A stretch of DNA of 39,611 nucleotides from Actinomycetota bacterium (GCA_046725875.1 JBKOZJ010000152.1:1-39611); one strand, 5' to 3'. Counted from the first letter of the stretch, positions 27,739 through 37,191 are shown. A program made the numbers and translations. The notes: generated from the letters alone by a model not told the origin.

Positions 27739-27871
27739 GCCGGTCAAACAGCAGCGGCAGCGCGAGCGGCGAGATCCGCACTGCGCGAGTTGGTTCAACC
27801 CGGCCCCATGGGGTGACTGCCCGGCGTCCGTCCTGGTGAGAGACCGTAGTTTGCACGTGGGTCGGGCTGGC

Positions 27872-27902
27872 CGATGAGAAACGCCGCCGTGCCGGGTCAG
27901 TA
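27872..27902 (+). promoter_or_regulatory. SigG-type (ECF56) promoter
   Basis: CGATGA-N18-GTCAGTA matches the mycobacterial SigG consensus CGATGA-N18-GTCNNTA as I recall it. Confidence 0.65.
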
Positions 27903-27912
27903 ACGACAAGTT

Positions 27913-27960
27913 GAGACGACGGGTCGAGGTTTCGGCATCAGTGCTCTACCGGTCGATGTC
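27913..27960 (+). repeat. Degenerate copy of the RBS and first ~11 codons of the RibD_C gene (27147-27197)
   Basis: GGGTCGAggTtTCgGCATCAGTGCTCTACcgGTCGATGTC versus GGGTCGAcgTgTCtGCATCAGTGCTCTACatGTCGATGTC. Confidence 0.85.
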
Positions 27961-28018
27961 CGGCCGTCCGGTCCGCCCGGAGAACTACTCGACCAAATCA
28001 ATACAACAGGAGAAGCCG

Positions 28019-28732
28019 ATGATCTTTGCGGTCGACGAGCGACCATCGGATTCGCCGTTTGTCGAACGGATCTGGCGTGCCAGCAGCGAGAACGGCGGTC
28101 CCTTCCGCTCGATCGCCATGAGCCATTGGGAGATGGTCGTGACCATGCTCAATGGCAGGACGACGGTAACGGTGCGCGGGCCGGAGACGAAGGCGAGCTC
28201 CATGCGCTGCCCCGCCGGCGGCGAGTGGCTCGGCATCCGATTTCGGCTGGGCACGATCATGCCTGATCTGCCGGCATGCGCTCTCGTCGATGCGGCCACT
28301 GATCTGCCTGAGATGGGGCGTCACGCCTTCTGGCTCCAAGGCTCGGCCTGGGAGGTTCCGGGCGTCGACAACGCCGAAGCGTTCGTCAACCGGCTCGTGC
28401 GTGACGGTCTGCTGGTGCGGGCGCCAGTCGTCGATGCCGTGTTGCACGGTGAACTAAAGGAGCGGTCCTTGCGCACCGCACAGCGACACTTCGTGCGGAC
28501 GACCGGGTTGACGCATGGCGCCGTGCGCCGAGTCGAGCGGGCCCGCTACGCAACCACCCTCCTACAGCAGGGCGTACCGATTCTCGACGCCGTTCACGAG
28601 GCGGGCTACTTCGACCAGCCCCATATCACCCGATCGCTGAAGCACCTCATCGGCCAGACGCCTGCCCAGATCATGGACGGAAGCAAGGCTGAGCAGTTGT
28701 CGCTGCTGTACAAGACCGCGCCCCTGCGCTGA
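28019..28732 (+). CDS. AraC-family transcriptional regulator
   Basis: C-terminal HTH: SLRTAQRHFVRTTGL...AGYFDQPHITRSLKHLIGQTP. AGGAGA RBS precedes ATG 28019. Confidence 0.9.
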   Translation: MIFAVDERPSDSPFVERIWRASSENGGPFRSIAMSHWEMVVTMLNGRTTVTVRGPETKASSMRCPAGGEWLGIRFRLGTIMPDLPACALVDAATDLPEMGRHAFWLQGSAWEVPGVDNAEAFVNRLVRDGLLVRAPVVDAVLHGELKERSLRTAQRHFVRTTGLTHGAVRRVERARYATTLLQQGVPILDAVHEAGYFDQPHITRSLKHLIGQTPAQIMDGSKAEQLSLLYKTAPLR

Positions 28733-28927
28733 GCTACGTTCGGCCTGTCCGCACCTGCCGGGCCCACCGGCGGCCTCAATATCCGCGGTGGCGAAGACCG
28801 TGGTGGCAGGCCGTGCCAGAGCGTGCTCGTCGCCGTAGCTTCGCATGCCGCTTACCACCCGCCGGTGCTCGCGGCCCGGCCTTCCGCGCCGCGGATGCTG
28901 GGCCGGCAACCACGAAAGGAGAAACCG

Positions 28928-29494
28928 ATGGGCAGGATCGTCGTTACCGAGTACATATCCGTGGACGGAGTCGTCGAGGCACCAAGCGGGACCGAGAACT
29001 TCGAGCGTGTCGGCTGGACCGACGCCTTCTCGCGCGGCCCGGAAGGCGACAAGTTCAAGCTGGACGAGACATTGGCCTCGGACGCGCTGCTGCTCGGCCG
29101 CGTCACCTACAACACCTTCGCGCCTGTCTGGCCACACTACCAGGGTGAGGTGGCCGACAAGTTCAACACGATGCCCAAGTACGTCATCTCCTCCACCCTC
29201 GAGGACCCGGAGTGGAACAACACCATCGTGCTGCGCGGCGACGTGTTCGACGAAGTCGCGTTGCTGAAGCGGCAGCACGATGGCGACATCGTCGTCCACG
29301 GCAGCCCGCAGCTCGCGCAGACGCTCATCGAGCATGACCTCGTCGACGCGTTGCACCTGCAGGTCTATCCCGTGATCGTCGGCGCCGGCAAGCGGCTCTT
29401 CACGGAAACGAGCGGCACCAAGCCGCTACGGCTCGTCGAGGCGCGGACGGTCGGTGACGGCATCCACATCCTCATCTACGAGAGGGCCGCCTAG
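28928..29494 (+). CDS. Dihydrofolate reductase-like (RibD C-terminal) protein
   Basis: ISVDGVVEAP, LLLGRVTY, PKYVISSTL, HGSPQLAQTL, YPVIVGAGKRLF; AAGGAG RBS. Confidence 0.92.
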   Translation: MGRIVVTEYISVDGVVEAPSGTENFERVGWTDAFSRGPEGDKFKLDETLASDALLLGRVTYNTFAPVWPHYQGEVADKFNTMPKYVISSTLEDPEWNNTIVLRGDVFDEVALLKRQHDGDIVVHGSPQLAQTLIEHDLVDALHLQVYPVIVGAGKRLFTETSGTKPLRLVEARTVGDGIHILIYERAA

Positions 29495-29593
29495 AGAGCC
29501 GCCGCGGTCGCATGTTCGCGCCTTCGGTTCTTCTGCCGATCCGTCGATCTGCGCGAACCTGGGCGCCTCGGCCGCGCAGCCACGGTTGCTGGC

Positions 29594-29950
29594 TTGGCAG
29601 ACAAGCCGCTGCGGGGTCTGTTGCATTGGACGAATGAGTACCGTGTCGGCAAGATCCTGTCGCTATCACCCGGAGAGCTGAGCCTTACGATCCCGTACTG
29701 GTACAGCGGCCCGGATGCGCAAGCGATGGTCGAGCGAGTTCGTACGGTCGCAACTGCGGTCGAGAGCGCAACGGGGCTCACCGCGTATGATCCTCAGGCG
29801 GACGCACCCTTCGTGGCAGGGAGCGATCGAACCGCCGCCGCGATCTTCGACCAAGTCGCTGCGCTACGACCGAGTGCGGAAAGATCTGACCGCACTAGGG
29901 CAACGGATCAACCGGGTCGATTCAGGCGGATCTTCCGCAGATCAAGCTGA
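29594..29950 (+). pseudogene. Probable C-terminal fragment of a hypothetical gene
   Basis: LSLTIPYWYSG...VESATGLTAYDPQ looks protein-like, but the ORF starts at a TTG with no RBS and the N-terminus looks unrelated. Confidence 0.4.
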
Positions 29951-30089
29951 CGTCCACGTACTACCCGGTCATCGGCACGAGTGCGCACCAAGAGCGGCAT
30001 GAGCGTGTGAGTCCGTGCCTGCGTCCTACAGGTGCCGGGTTGGATCATGCGCCCTGTCGCTCACAGATCGCACCCACATCTGGTCCCGT

Positions 30090-30416
30090 TTAGACGGCGT
30101 GCAGAACTTCCCCACCGTAGACCAGCGGGTCTTCGGGCTGCAGGAGGTCGGCGAGACGGTTGAACTCCTGGAACCCGGGATCGGCGTCATGTTCGCTGTG
30201 CGCGGCATGGCTGGGCACCTCCACGACGATGGCGTATTTGGCCACGTCCTGGCGGTTGTCGGTGCCGAACGCCACCCGGGAGATCCGGGCACTGAGAAAA
30301 GCGCCTCGCGCCTTGTACTCGTGCCAGCGCGGCAGCTCTCGCTCGGCGAAGAGCCGCTCGTACTCCGCGGCCTCCTCGGCACGGATGTGAATGACAATGA
30401 CGTCCAGCTCGCTCAT
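30090..30416 (-). CDS. Small dimeric alpha-beta barrel (ABM/NIPSNAP-like) protein
   Basis: MSELDVIVIHIRAEEAAEYERLF...HSEHDADPGF; GGGGAG RBS precedes ATG 30416. Confidence 0.7.
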   Translation of the reverse strand: MSELDVIVIHIRAEEAAEYERLFAERELPRWHEYKARGAFLSARISRVAFGTDNRQDVAKYAIVVEVPSHAAHSEHDADPGFQEFNRLADLLQPEDPLVYGGEVLHAV

Positions 30417-30899
30417 TACCCAGCTCCCCGGCTCTCGTCCGATTTGTGCAAAATCCTGCGCCCATCCATCCTGCACAGACGTGCGGCACGTAGCCCATGC
30501 GTTCCTGATGAACGCCGATACAAGTCCACCTATACGTAATTCCCCGATACCGCGCAGAACGCAGATGGCACGGGCAGGTGTTCTCGGACCTGCACTTCGG
30601 CTCGCTGTTCGGCACGGAGCAGCGTGTGCTCGACGCGACGGCACTGGCGTCGCTCGCCACCGCAATCCGGATGCATGCCGACGGATGTACAGGCGGCGTG
30701 CCGACCTGACCCGAGTATGTACGCGGTTCCCGCAGAGAATCTCCCCGTCCGCCCGTCGCCTTGCATTTAGCAGTTCGCTTCTGCCCTCGGCCGACGAATA
30801 GGGGAATCCAGATCCTGCCGGACTACCACCCGGGGAGTAGGCCACGAGCCTCCCCTCGGGCGACGACCAGGGCAGGTGTCCGACCGGACGATGGGTGGC

Positions 30900-31148
30900 A
30901 TGTTGACTTCACTGCTTGCCACCCATGACGGATGGGGCGACGGTCCTGGGCCGTGGTTCCTCATCTTTCCCCTGTTCTGGCTGATCATCCTGGTGCTCGC
31001 CGCTGTCTGGCTTGGCCGCGGTGGCGGTCCCTGGCGGCGGCAGCCGCCCTCTGGCCGGGCCGTCCTCGCCGAGCGCTATGCCCGCGGCGACATCTCCGCC
31101 GACGAGTACCGCGAGCGGCTGTCCGTCCTGAAGGGAGACGACCGATGA
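30900..31148 (+). CDS. SHOCT-domain membrane protein
   Basis: TM helix followed by LAERYARGDISADEYRERLSVL. Confidence 0.88.
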   Translation: MLTSLLATHDGWGDGPGPWFLIFPLFWLIILVLAAVWLGRGGGPWRRQPPSGRAVLAERYARGDISADEYRERLSVLKGDDR

Positions 31149-31906
31149 CACCTGCCACCGCTATCACCCGCACGGACGCGGCCGCCCAAGCCCTCGAGGC
31201 GACCAAGGTCTACGGCTCGGGGGACACCGCAGTCGTCGCCCTCGACCAGGTGTCCGTCGAGTTCCCGATGGGTCGCTTCACCGCGATCATGGGTCCCTCG
31301 GGCTCGGGCAAGTCGACGCTCATGCACATCGTCGCCGGGCTCGACAGCCTCACCGAGGGCCGCGTGTTTATCGGCGACATCGAGCTAGGCGCGCTGTCGG
31401 ACAAGGAGCTTACGCTGCTGCGTCGCACGCAGGTGGGCTTCGTGTTCCAGGCCTTCAATCTCGTGCCGACGCTCACCGCCCGAGAGAACGTCCTGCTGCC
31501 GCTTACTCTGGCCGGCACTCGGCCAGACCAGGCGTGGCTCGACAAGGTGATCGACACCGTGGGGCTCGGCGACCGGCTCAGCCATCGCCCGGCCGAGCTG
31601 TCGGGCGGCCAACAGCAGCGGGTCGCCGTGGCCCGGGCCGTCGCCACGCGACCCAAGATCGTCTTCGCCGACGAGCCGACCGGCAACATCGACTCCCGCG
31701 CCGGCGCGGAGATCCTCGGCTTCCTGCGCCGGGCCGTTGACGAGATGGGCTTGACCGTCGTGATGGTCACCCACGACCCGGTGGCGGCCTCCTACGCGGA
31801 CCGAGCGCTGTTCCTGGTCGACGGCCGGATCGTAGGCCGCCTCGACGACCCGACGCCGACAGCCGTCCTCGACCGCATCAAGTCGCTCGACGGTTCGGGA
31901 GGTTGA
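31145..31906 (+). CDS. ABC transporter ATP-binding protein (LolD/MacB-like)
   Basis: GPSGSGKST, LSGGQQQRVA, FADEPTGN, MVTHD; ATGA overlap with the SHOCT gene. Confidence 0.95.
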   Translation: MTPATAITRTDAAAQALEATKVYGSGDTAVVALDQVSVEFPMGRFTAIMGPSGSGKSTLMHIVAGLDSLTEGRVFIGDIELGALSDKELTLLRRTQVGFVFQAFNLVPTLTARENVLLPLTLAGTRPDQAWLDKVIDTVGLGDRLSHRPAELSGGQQQRVAVARAVATRPKIVFADEPTGNIDSRAGAEILGFLRRAVDEMGLTVVMVTHDPVAASYADRALFLVDGRIVGRLDDPTPTAVLDRIKSLDGSGG

Positions 31907-31909
31907 GCC

Positions 31910-34453
31910 ATGTTGTCGGTCACCCTCAAAGAGCTGCGGGGTCACAGCCGGCGCCTGGCGGGCACGGCCCTGGCCGTTTTCCTAGGCGTTGCCTTCCTCG
32001 CCGGCACGCTCGTGCTTGGCGACACGCTGCACAAGAACTTCAACCAGCTGTTCGCCGAGGTCAACGCCGGCACCGATGTCATCGTGCGCAACGCGACCGA
32101 CCTGGGCATCGAGGCGGACGAGCCCCGAGGCCTAATCGACCGGTCGCTAGTCGACCGGGTCGCGGCGGTCGACGGGGTGGCGGAGGCCGAGCCCCAGATC
32201 GAGGGCCTCGGGCAGCTGCTGGGCGCCGACGGCGACGCCGTAGGCGGCGGCGGCCCGCCGCAGTTCGCCGGCAGTTGGACAACCGTGCCCGACCTCAACC
32301 CCTACCGCCTAGCCGAGGGCCGGGCCCCCGTGGCCGACGATGAGGTCGTCATCAACCGCCGCGCCGCCAACGAGGGCGACCTGGCGATCGGCGACCACAC
32401 CACTGTGCTCACGCCGGAACCGGTCGAGGTGACCATCGTGGGCATCTCGACGTTCGGCGACGAGGACGGGCTCGGCGGCGTGACCTTCACCGCGTTCAGC
32501 CTCGACGGGGCCATGCGTCACGTCACCAAGGACCCGGACGGCGTGTCCAGCATCGCCATCCGGGCGGCGGACGGCGTGTCGCAGGACGAGCTCGTCGCCC
32601 GCGTCGGCGATGTGCTCCCCGCTGGCGTCGAGGCAGTGTCCGGTGCGTCGGTGTCCACGCAGAACGCCGAGGACATCAACCAGCTGTTCCTCGACATGCT
32701 GACCACGTTCCTCACCGCGTTCGCGGGCATCGCTCTCCTGGTGGCGACGTTCAGCATCTACAACACCTTCTCGATCATCGTGGCCCAGCGCACACGGACC
32801 GCTGCCCTGTTCCGGGCCATCGGGGCATCACGCCGCCAGGTGCTGGTCTCGGTTGTGATCGAGGCGATGGTGGTCGGCGCCGTGGCGTCCCTGCTCGGCC
32901 TGGCCGGGGGCATCGGCGTCGCCGGGTTGCTCAAGGGACTGTTCGACGCCGCCGGTTTCGCCCTGCCGGCTGGCGGCATCGTCATCACCACCGGCGCGGT
33001 CATCGCGTCCGTGGCCGTCGGACTGGTGGTGACGCTGCTCGCCGGGATCGTCCCCGCGATCAAGGCGTCGCGGGTCCCGCCGCTGGCGGTGTTGCGCGAT
33101 GTCGCCGTCGAGCGCACCTCACCCTCCGCCCCCAGGGTCGTGGCTGGCGTCATCCTCGCCGGCGTGGGCATCGCCATGACCGCCGCGGCGGCCCTGTCGA
33201 ACGACCCATCGTTGGGCATCGTCGGGCTGGGGGCAGTGATCACGCTGATCGGCACCGTCGTGCTCGGCCCGGTCGTCGCGCGGCCCGTGGCTGGGCTGCT
33301 GGGCGCACCCGTGACCCGGCTGCGTGGCCTCACCGGCTCGCTGGCCCGGCAGAACGCCATCCGCAACCCCCGCCGGACCGCAGCCACTGCGTCTGCGCTC
33401 ATGGTCGGCGTGAGCGTCGTCACGCTGTTCACCGTGTTCGCCGCCTCGCTCAAGGAATCAACGGCCGCCACCATCGACCGGTCGTTCGCCGGGGACCTGG
33501 TGATCTCCAGCGGGCCATTCGGCGGCAGCCTCAGCCCTGACCTCGCAGCCCGCGTCGGGAACATGCCCGAGGTGGAAAGCGTCGTCGGGATCGGCCGCGG
33601 CTTCGCCTCGATCGACGACGACACGAAGGAATTGACGGTCGCGGATCCTGCCGACCTGGCCGCGGCGGTGGACGTCGAGGTGAGCTCAGGGTCGCTGGCC
33701 GGTCTGGGCAACAACCAGATCGCTATCTCCAATGCGACGGCCGATGCCAACGGCTGGACCCTGGGTGACCCGCTGACCGTGACGTTCGCCGACGGCGCGA
33801 CTGCCAATCTGACCGTCGGGGCCACGTACGCCGTTCCCGACATAGTCGGCGGCTATGTGATCCCGCGAGACACATATGCGCCGCACACCAACCAGCCCGT
33901 CGACTCGATGGTCGTGGTCGACCTGACGAACGGGACCTCATTGGCCGACGGCAAGGCGGCGGTCGAGCAGGTTGCCGCGAACTTCGGCGGACCCGACGTC
34001 GAGGACCGCGAGGAGTTCGCCGCCACCATGTCGTCCGGCGCCGACATGCTGCTGACGATCATCTATGCCCTGCTGGTCCTGGCGATCATCATCGCCCTCA
34101 TGGGCATCGCCAACACGCTGTCGCTATCGATCCACGAGCGCACCCGCGAGCTCGGCCTGCTCCGAGCAGTCGGGCAGACCCGGGGCCAGCTGCGATCGAT
34201 GGTTCGTTGGGAATCGGTGATCGTGGCCACCTTCGGTGTTGTTGGCGGCATCGCCCTCGGCGTGTTCCTCGGGTGGGCGCTGGTCGAGGCTGCCGGCAAC
34301 ACCCCGGGCTCGGTCATAAGCCAGTTCGTGCTGCCGATCGGGCGTCTGGCGATCGTAGTCGTGGTGGGCGCTATCGCCGGCGTGCTCGCCGGGCTCCGTC
34401 CCGCCCGCCGGGCGGCACGCCTGGACGTGCTCGCCGCGATCGCCACCGAATAG
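31910..34453 (+). CDS. ABC transporter permease (two FtsX/MacB domains)
   Basis: IYNTFSIIVAQRTR..ALFRAIGA and IANTLSLSIHERTRELGLLRAVG. Confidence 0.95.
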   Translation: MLSVTLKELRGHSRRLAGTALAVFLGVAFLAGTLVLGDTLHKNFNQLFAEVNAGTDVIVRNATDLGIEADEPRGLIDRSLVDRVAAVDGVAEAEPQIEGLGQLLGADGDAVGGGGPPQFAGSWTTVPDLNPYRLAEGRAPVADDEVVINRRAANEGDLAIGDHTTVLTPEPVEVTIVGISTFGDEDGLGGVTFTAFSLDGAMRHVTKDPDGVSSIAIRAADGVSQDELVARVGDVLPAGVEAVSGASVSTQNAEDINQLFLDMLTTFLTAFAGIALLVATFSIYNTFSIIVAQRTRTAALFRAIGASRRQVLVSVVIEAMVVGAVASLLGLAGGIGVAGLLKGLFDAAGFALPAGGIVITTGAVIASVAVGLVVTLLAGIVPAIKASRVPPLAVLRDVAVERTSPSAPRVVAGVILAGVGIAMTAAAALSNDPSLGIVGLGAVITLIGTVVLGPVVARPVAGLLGAPVTRLRGLTGSLARQNAIRNPRRTAATASALMVGVSVVTLFTVFAASLKESTAATIDRSFAGDLVISSGPFGGSLSPDLAARVGNMPEVESVVGIGRGFASIDDDTKELTVADPADLAAAVDVEVSSGSLAGLGNNQIAISNATADANGWTLGDPLTVTFADGATANLTVGATYAVPDIVGGYVIPRDTYAPHTNQPVDSMVVVDLTNGTSLADGKAAVEQVAANFGGPDVEDREEFAATMSSGADMLLTIIYALLVLAIIIALMGIANTLSLSIHERTRELGLLRAVGQTRGQLRSMVRWESVIVATFGVVGGIALGVFLGWALVEAAGNTPGSVISQFVLPIGRLAIVVVVGAIAGVLAGLRPARRAARLDVLAAIATE

Positions 34454-34465
34454 CGGCGTACCTTT

Positions 34466-34575
34466 CGCTTTGCCCGCGCTCCCCGGTCACATCGACGCTG
34501 AGCGCGGGCGGAGCGGAGTTCCTCAGCTCTCCCGGGTGGCGAATCGCCCCGTGCCACGGAGGTACGCGGCGATTC
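34466..34575. terminator. Two hairpins between convergent genes
   Basis: CGCTTTGCCCGCGCTC / GAGCGCGGGCGGAGCG (34466-34515) and GAATCGCC..CGTGCC / GGTACG..GGCGATTC (34541-34575). Confidence 0.55.
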
Positions 34576-34633
34576 CCTCTCAGGTGAGACAAGCGTGGAG
34601 GATGTGGCCGAAGGGTGGCTTCATGTGGGTTTC

Positions 34634-35362
34634 TCAACGGTGCGAGACCGACACGAGCTCGAAGAGCTCGTTCCCGCCTGCCACGTCCCGCTCCCGGACG
34701 ATCCCCAGGCCGGCTGCATAGAACTTCACTGACATGACACGGGGTTCGAGGCGAGTCCATTCGAAGCTGCGGACGACGCCGTGGAACGTGCCCAGGGGAA
34801 CCGTGACCACTGCATTGCGTTGCACGATCCATGCCTGGTCCTCGGCATGACCGGCGTAAAACTCTTGGCGATAGGCGTCGGTCGGCTTCGGGTCGGCCGG
34901 CATGATCAGCCCGGCGACGGCGCCGTCGACTCCCGCCTGCCAGGAGCCTTCCCGGCTCTCCAGGCGGCCCTCCTCGTCGTAGGTGGCGGTCGCCTCGCCG
35001 AAGTACCAGACGTTCCCGCGATGGTCGGCGGCGTACCAGTCTTCAGTTCGCTCCGCGAGGCTGCCGTCGGTGCGCCTGAGCACGTCTAGCACAACGGTCG
35101 TCCGGACTCTCAGGATCGTCTTCGTACGATGGGTGACGGTGACGCGTTCGCGGAAGTGCTCGCCGTCCTCGCTGCCCCGGTAGACCGAGACTGTGCCCGG
35201 CGTCAACGGAAAGTATGGGTTCGCGCGGGGGTTGTGGAAGTTCGCCATCTTGGGCTTCGATCGAGCGCCAGCTGCGGCTCCGCCCGCCGACTGTGCCGCG
35301 GCCAACGTCCCTAGACCCAGCACCACCGCCAGCCCCGCAACCGCGATCCTCGTCGTTTTCAT
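34634..35362 (-). CDS. Conserved secreted hypothetical protein
   Basis: Signal peptide; NPYFPLTPG, TEDWYAAD..GNVWYFGE, SWQAGVDGA, YRQEFYAGHAED. GGAGGAG RBS precedes ATG 35362. Confidence 0.85.
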   Translation of the reverse strand: MKTTRIAVAGLAVVLGLGTLAAAQSAGGAAAGARSKPKMANFHNPRANPYFPLTPGTVSVYRGSEDGEHFRERVTVTHRTKTILRVRTTVVLDVLRRTDGSLAERTEDWYAADHRGNVWYFGEATATYDEEGRLESREGSWQAGVDGAVAGLIMPADPKPTDAYRQEFYAGHAEDQAWIVQRNAVVTVPLGTFHGVVRSFEWTRLEPRVMSVKFYAAGLGIVRERDVAGGNELFELVSVSHR

Positions 35363-35406
35363 GACCGACTCCTCCCTTGAGATCCCACGAGTGTGCTGGC
35401 CGCTCC

Positions 35407-35425
35407 CTGAACGTGCGCTGAACGT
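35407..35425 (-). promoter_or_regulatory. OmpR/PhoB-type direct-repeat box
   Basis: Minus strand ACGTTCAG-N3-ACGTTCAG (11-bp period) upstream of a CACACT -10. Confidence 0.5.
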
Positions 35426-35858
35426 AAGAAGTGACACGAGAAGGGCGACCGCGCGTCAGGAACTAATGGGCGAGCCTCCGCGTTGCCTGTCCACTCTGCG
35501 CTGATCGTCGACGGAGTTCGGTCAAATGCAGCAGACCCCACCAATGTATGCGGGGTTGCGCGCGCCCTCATGCACAACGGGACTGCTATCACGTTGCGTT
35601 CGTCCCAGACGCGTGCGGACTGAACGTCGGGTAACCGCCGGCGTGCTGGGAAACCAGGGAGGCGCCGGTCACCGAGGCACGGCGGAACCGGCCGCGACGA
35701 TCGCGACTGCCGAAACGGCACGATCCCGCTCACCAGGGGAGCGGGCTCACAGGCACGCCCGTGCCCTCGGTGCCGTCAGCCACGGGCGCGCTCCTTCGTG
35801 CCCGGCAAATGGTGACCACGTTGGCCGGCGGGCCGGGTGACAAGTGGTTGATCAGGCC

Positions 35859-36542
35859 CTATCGGCGGCCCGCCGGGGTCTGGGTTTCTGGCTGGAACTG
35901 GCGCAGGTCGGTAAGGGTAAGTGCCGGACCGCCCAGCTCGGCGGGCTGCCGGGCGGTGGCGCGCAGCCCATCGATCACTAGGTTGAGGTGGCGGTGGCTA
36001 AGGCCGTACTGGACCTCGGGTGGGAACCCGCCGGGCAGCGGGAGGGACAGGCGCACGATGAGCACGCCGATGTCACCCGAGGTGACATCGGGGCGGAGGG
36101 CGCCGGCCCGGTGGGCCGCGTCCACCAACGCCTGGACCGCGATGGCCCCGGCCTGCCGGGCACGGCTGATCTCCTCCTCGTCGAAGCGGATCTCTCCGAA
36201 CAACGTGGGAATCACCGCGGCGGTGCGCACCTCGATGGCCCGGTGCATGTAGCGAGCCAGGGCGGCGAACGGGTCGGGCTCTTCCGCGGCCGCCTGGCGG
36301 GCCTCTTCAGCCGTGCGCTGCAGCGCGTCCAGGACGACCTCGTGGATCAGAGCCCGGCGGTCCGGGAACCGCCGGTACAAGGTGGCGATCCCGGTCCCGG
36401 CCCGCCGGGCGATCTCCTCCAACGGGGCTCCCGGGCCGCGCTCGATGAACACATCACTGGCCGCCTCCAGCAGCCGGCGCCGGTTGTCACGGGCGTCGGC
36501 GCGCAGCGGCCGCTGCGGTCCGCTGTCCTGGATTGGCGGCAT
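35859..36542 (-). CDS. TetR/AcrR-family regulator
   Basis: LRADARDNRRRLLEAA...LEEIARRAGTGIATLYRRFPDR. Confidence 0.93.
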   Translation of the reverse strand: MPPIQDSGPQRPLRADARDNRRRLLEAASDVFIERGPGAPLEEIARRAGTGIATLYRRFPDRRALIHEVVLDALQRTAEEARQAAAEEPDPFAALARYMHRAIEVRTAAVIPTLFGEIRFDEEEISRARQAGAIAVQALVDAAHRAGALRPDVTSGDIGVLIVRLSLPLPGGFPPEVQYGLSHRHLNLVIDGLRATARQPAELGGPALTLTDLRQFQPETQTPAGRR

Positions 36543-36606
36543 TCTGATCTTCGCCCCAAGCTGACGGTCGCTGATCGGTAACCGAGCGCTGTAGGACCTT
36601 ATCTAT

Positions 36607-36698
36607 TGGAGAATTATCCTCCAGATAGACGTTGACTGATAGAAAAATTCTCCGAAGCCTGCTAGCTTCCTAGTAACCGAAGGATAATCCTCCAGATA
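36607..36698. promoter_or_regulatory. Probable TetR operator array
   Basis: TGGAG-N7-CTCCA (36607-36623), a weak GATAG-N7-CTCCG (36638-36654) and CGAAG-N7-CTCCA (36678-36694); ATCCTCCAGATA occurs twice in an AT-rich spacer. Confidence 0.7.
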
Positions 36699-36762
36699 CC
36701 AGCAGACCGAGCCGGGCAGCCCGCCCAGCGGCCTGTGCTGAGTGCGGAAGGGAGATTCCGGC

Positions 36763-37191
36763 ATGCAGGCGACCGGGGAGTTCCTTGCCCAATGGGCAGG
36801 CCCTGAGCGGGCCGGTGACACCGACACGCTGGAAACCCTGCTCGCCGCCGGCTTCACCGCCGTCGGCCCGCTGGGGTCCATCCCGTCGAAGCAGGCGTGG
36901 CTTGCTCGCCACCGCTCACGCGACCTCACGTACTCCGTCTTCAGCCTCGATGAGATCGAAGACCGCCCGATCGGCCAGGACGCCGTGCTGGTTACGCGCG
37001 CCAACGCCCGGGGCAGCTACCAGCGCCACCCGATCCCCGAAGCCGCTCGCGCCACGCTGGTCCTGGCTAGCGACGCCCGCCGCTGGCGCCTGGCCGCCAT
37101 CCACATGAGCTTCATTGCCGGAACCGCAGGCGCCCCGCCCATCCCATGCGCCGGCCCCGGCCAGCCGCAGCGCACCGGCGGTGGGGCATGA
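36763..37191 (+). CDS. DUF4440/SnoaL-like protein
   Basis: ERAGD...L...FTAVGPLG...K..WL...RATLVL....WRLAAIHMS; GGGAG RBS. Confidence 0.8.
   Translation: MQATGEFLAQWAGPERAGDTDTLETLLAAGFTAVGPLGSIPSKQAWLARHRSRDLTYSVFSLDEIEDRPIGQDAVLVTRANARGSYQRHPIPEAARATLVLASDARRWRLAAIHMSFIAGTAGAPPIPCAGPGQPQRTGGGA

Noticed and set aside
35700..35790. ZTP or c-di-AMP riboswitch (GCGACTG..GGGGAGCG, GGAACCGG, CCGTCAGC)
   Set aside because: The required P2 and pseudoknot or the other conserved blocks are missing, and there is no downstream sense gene.
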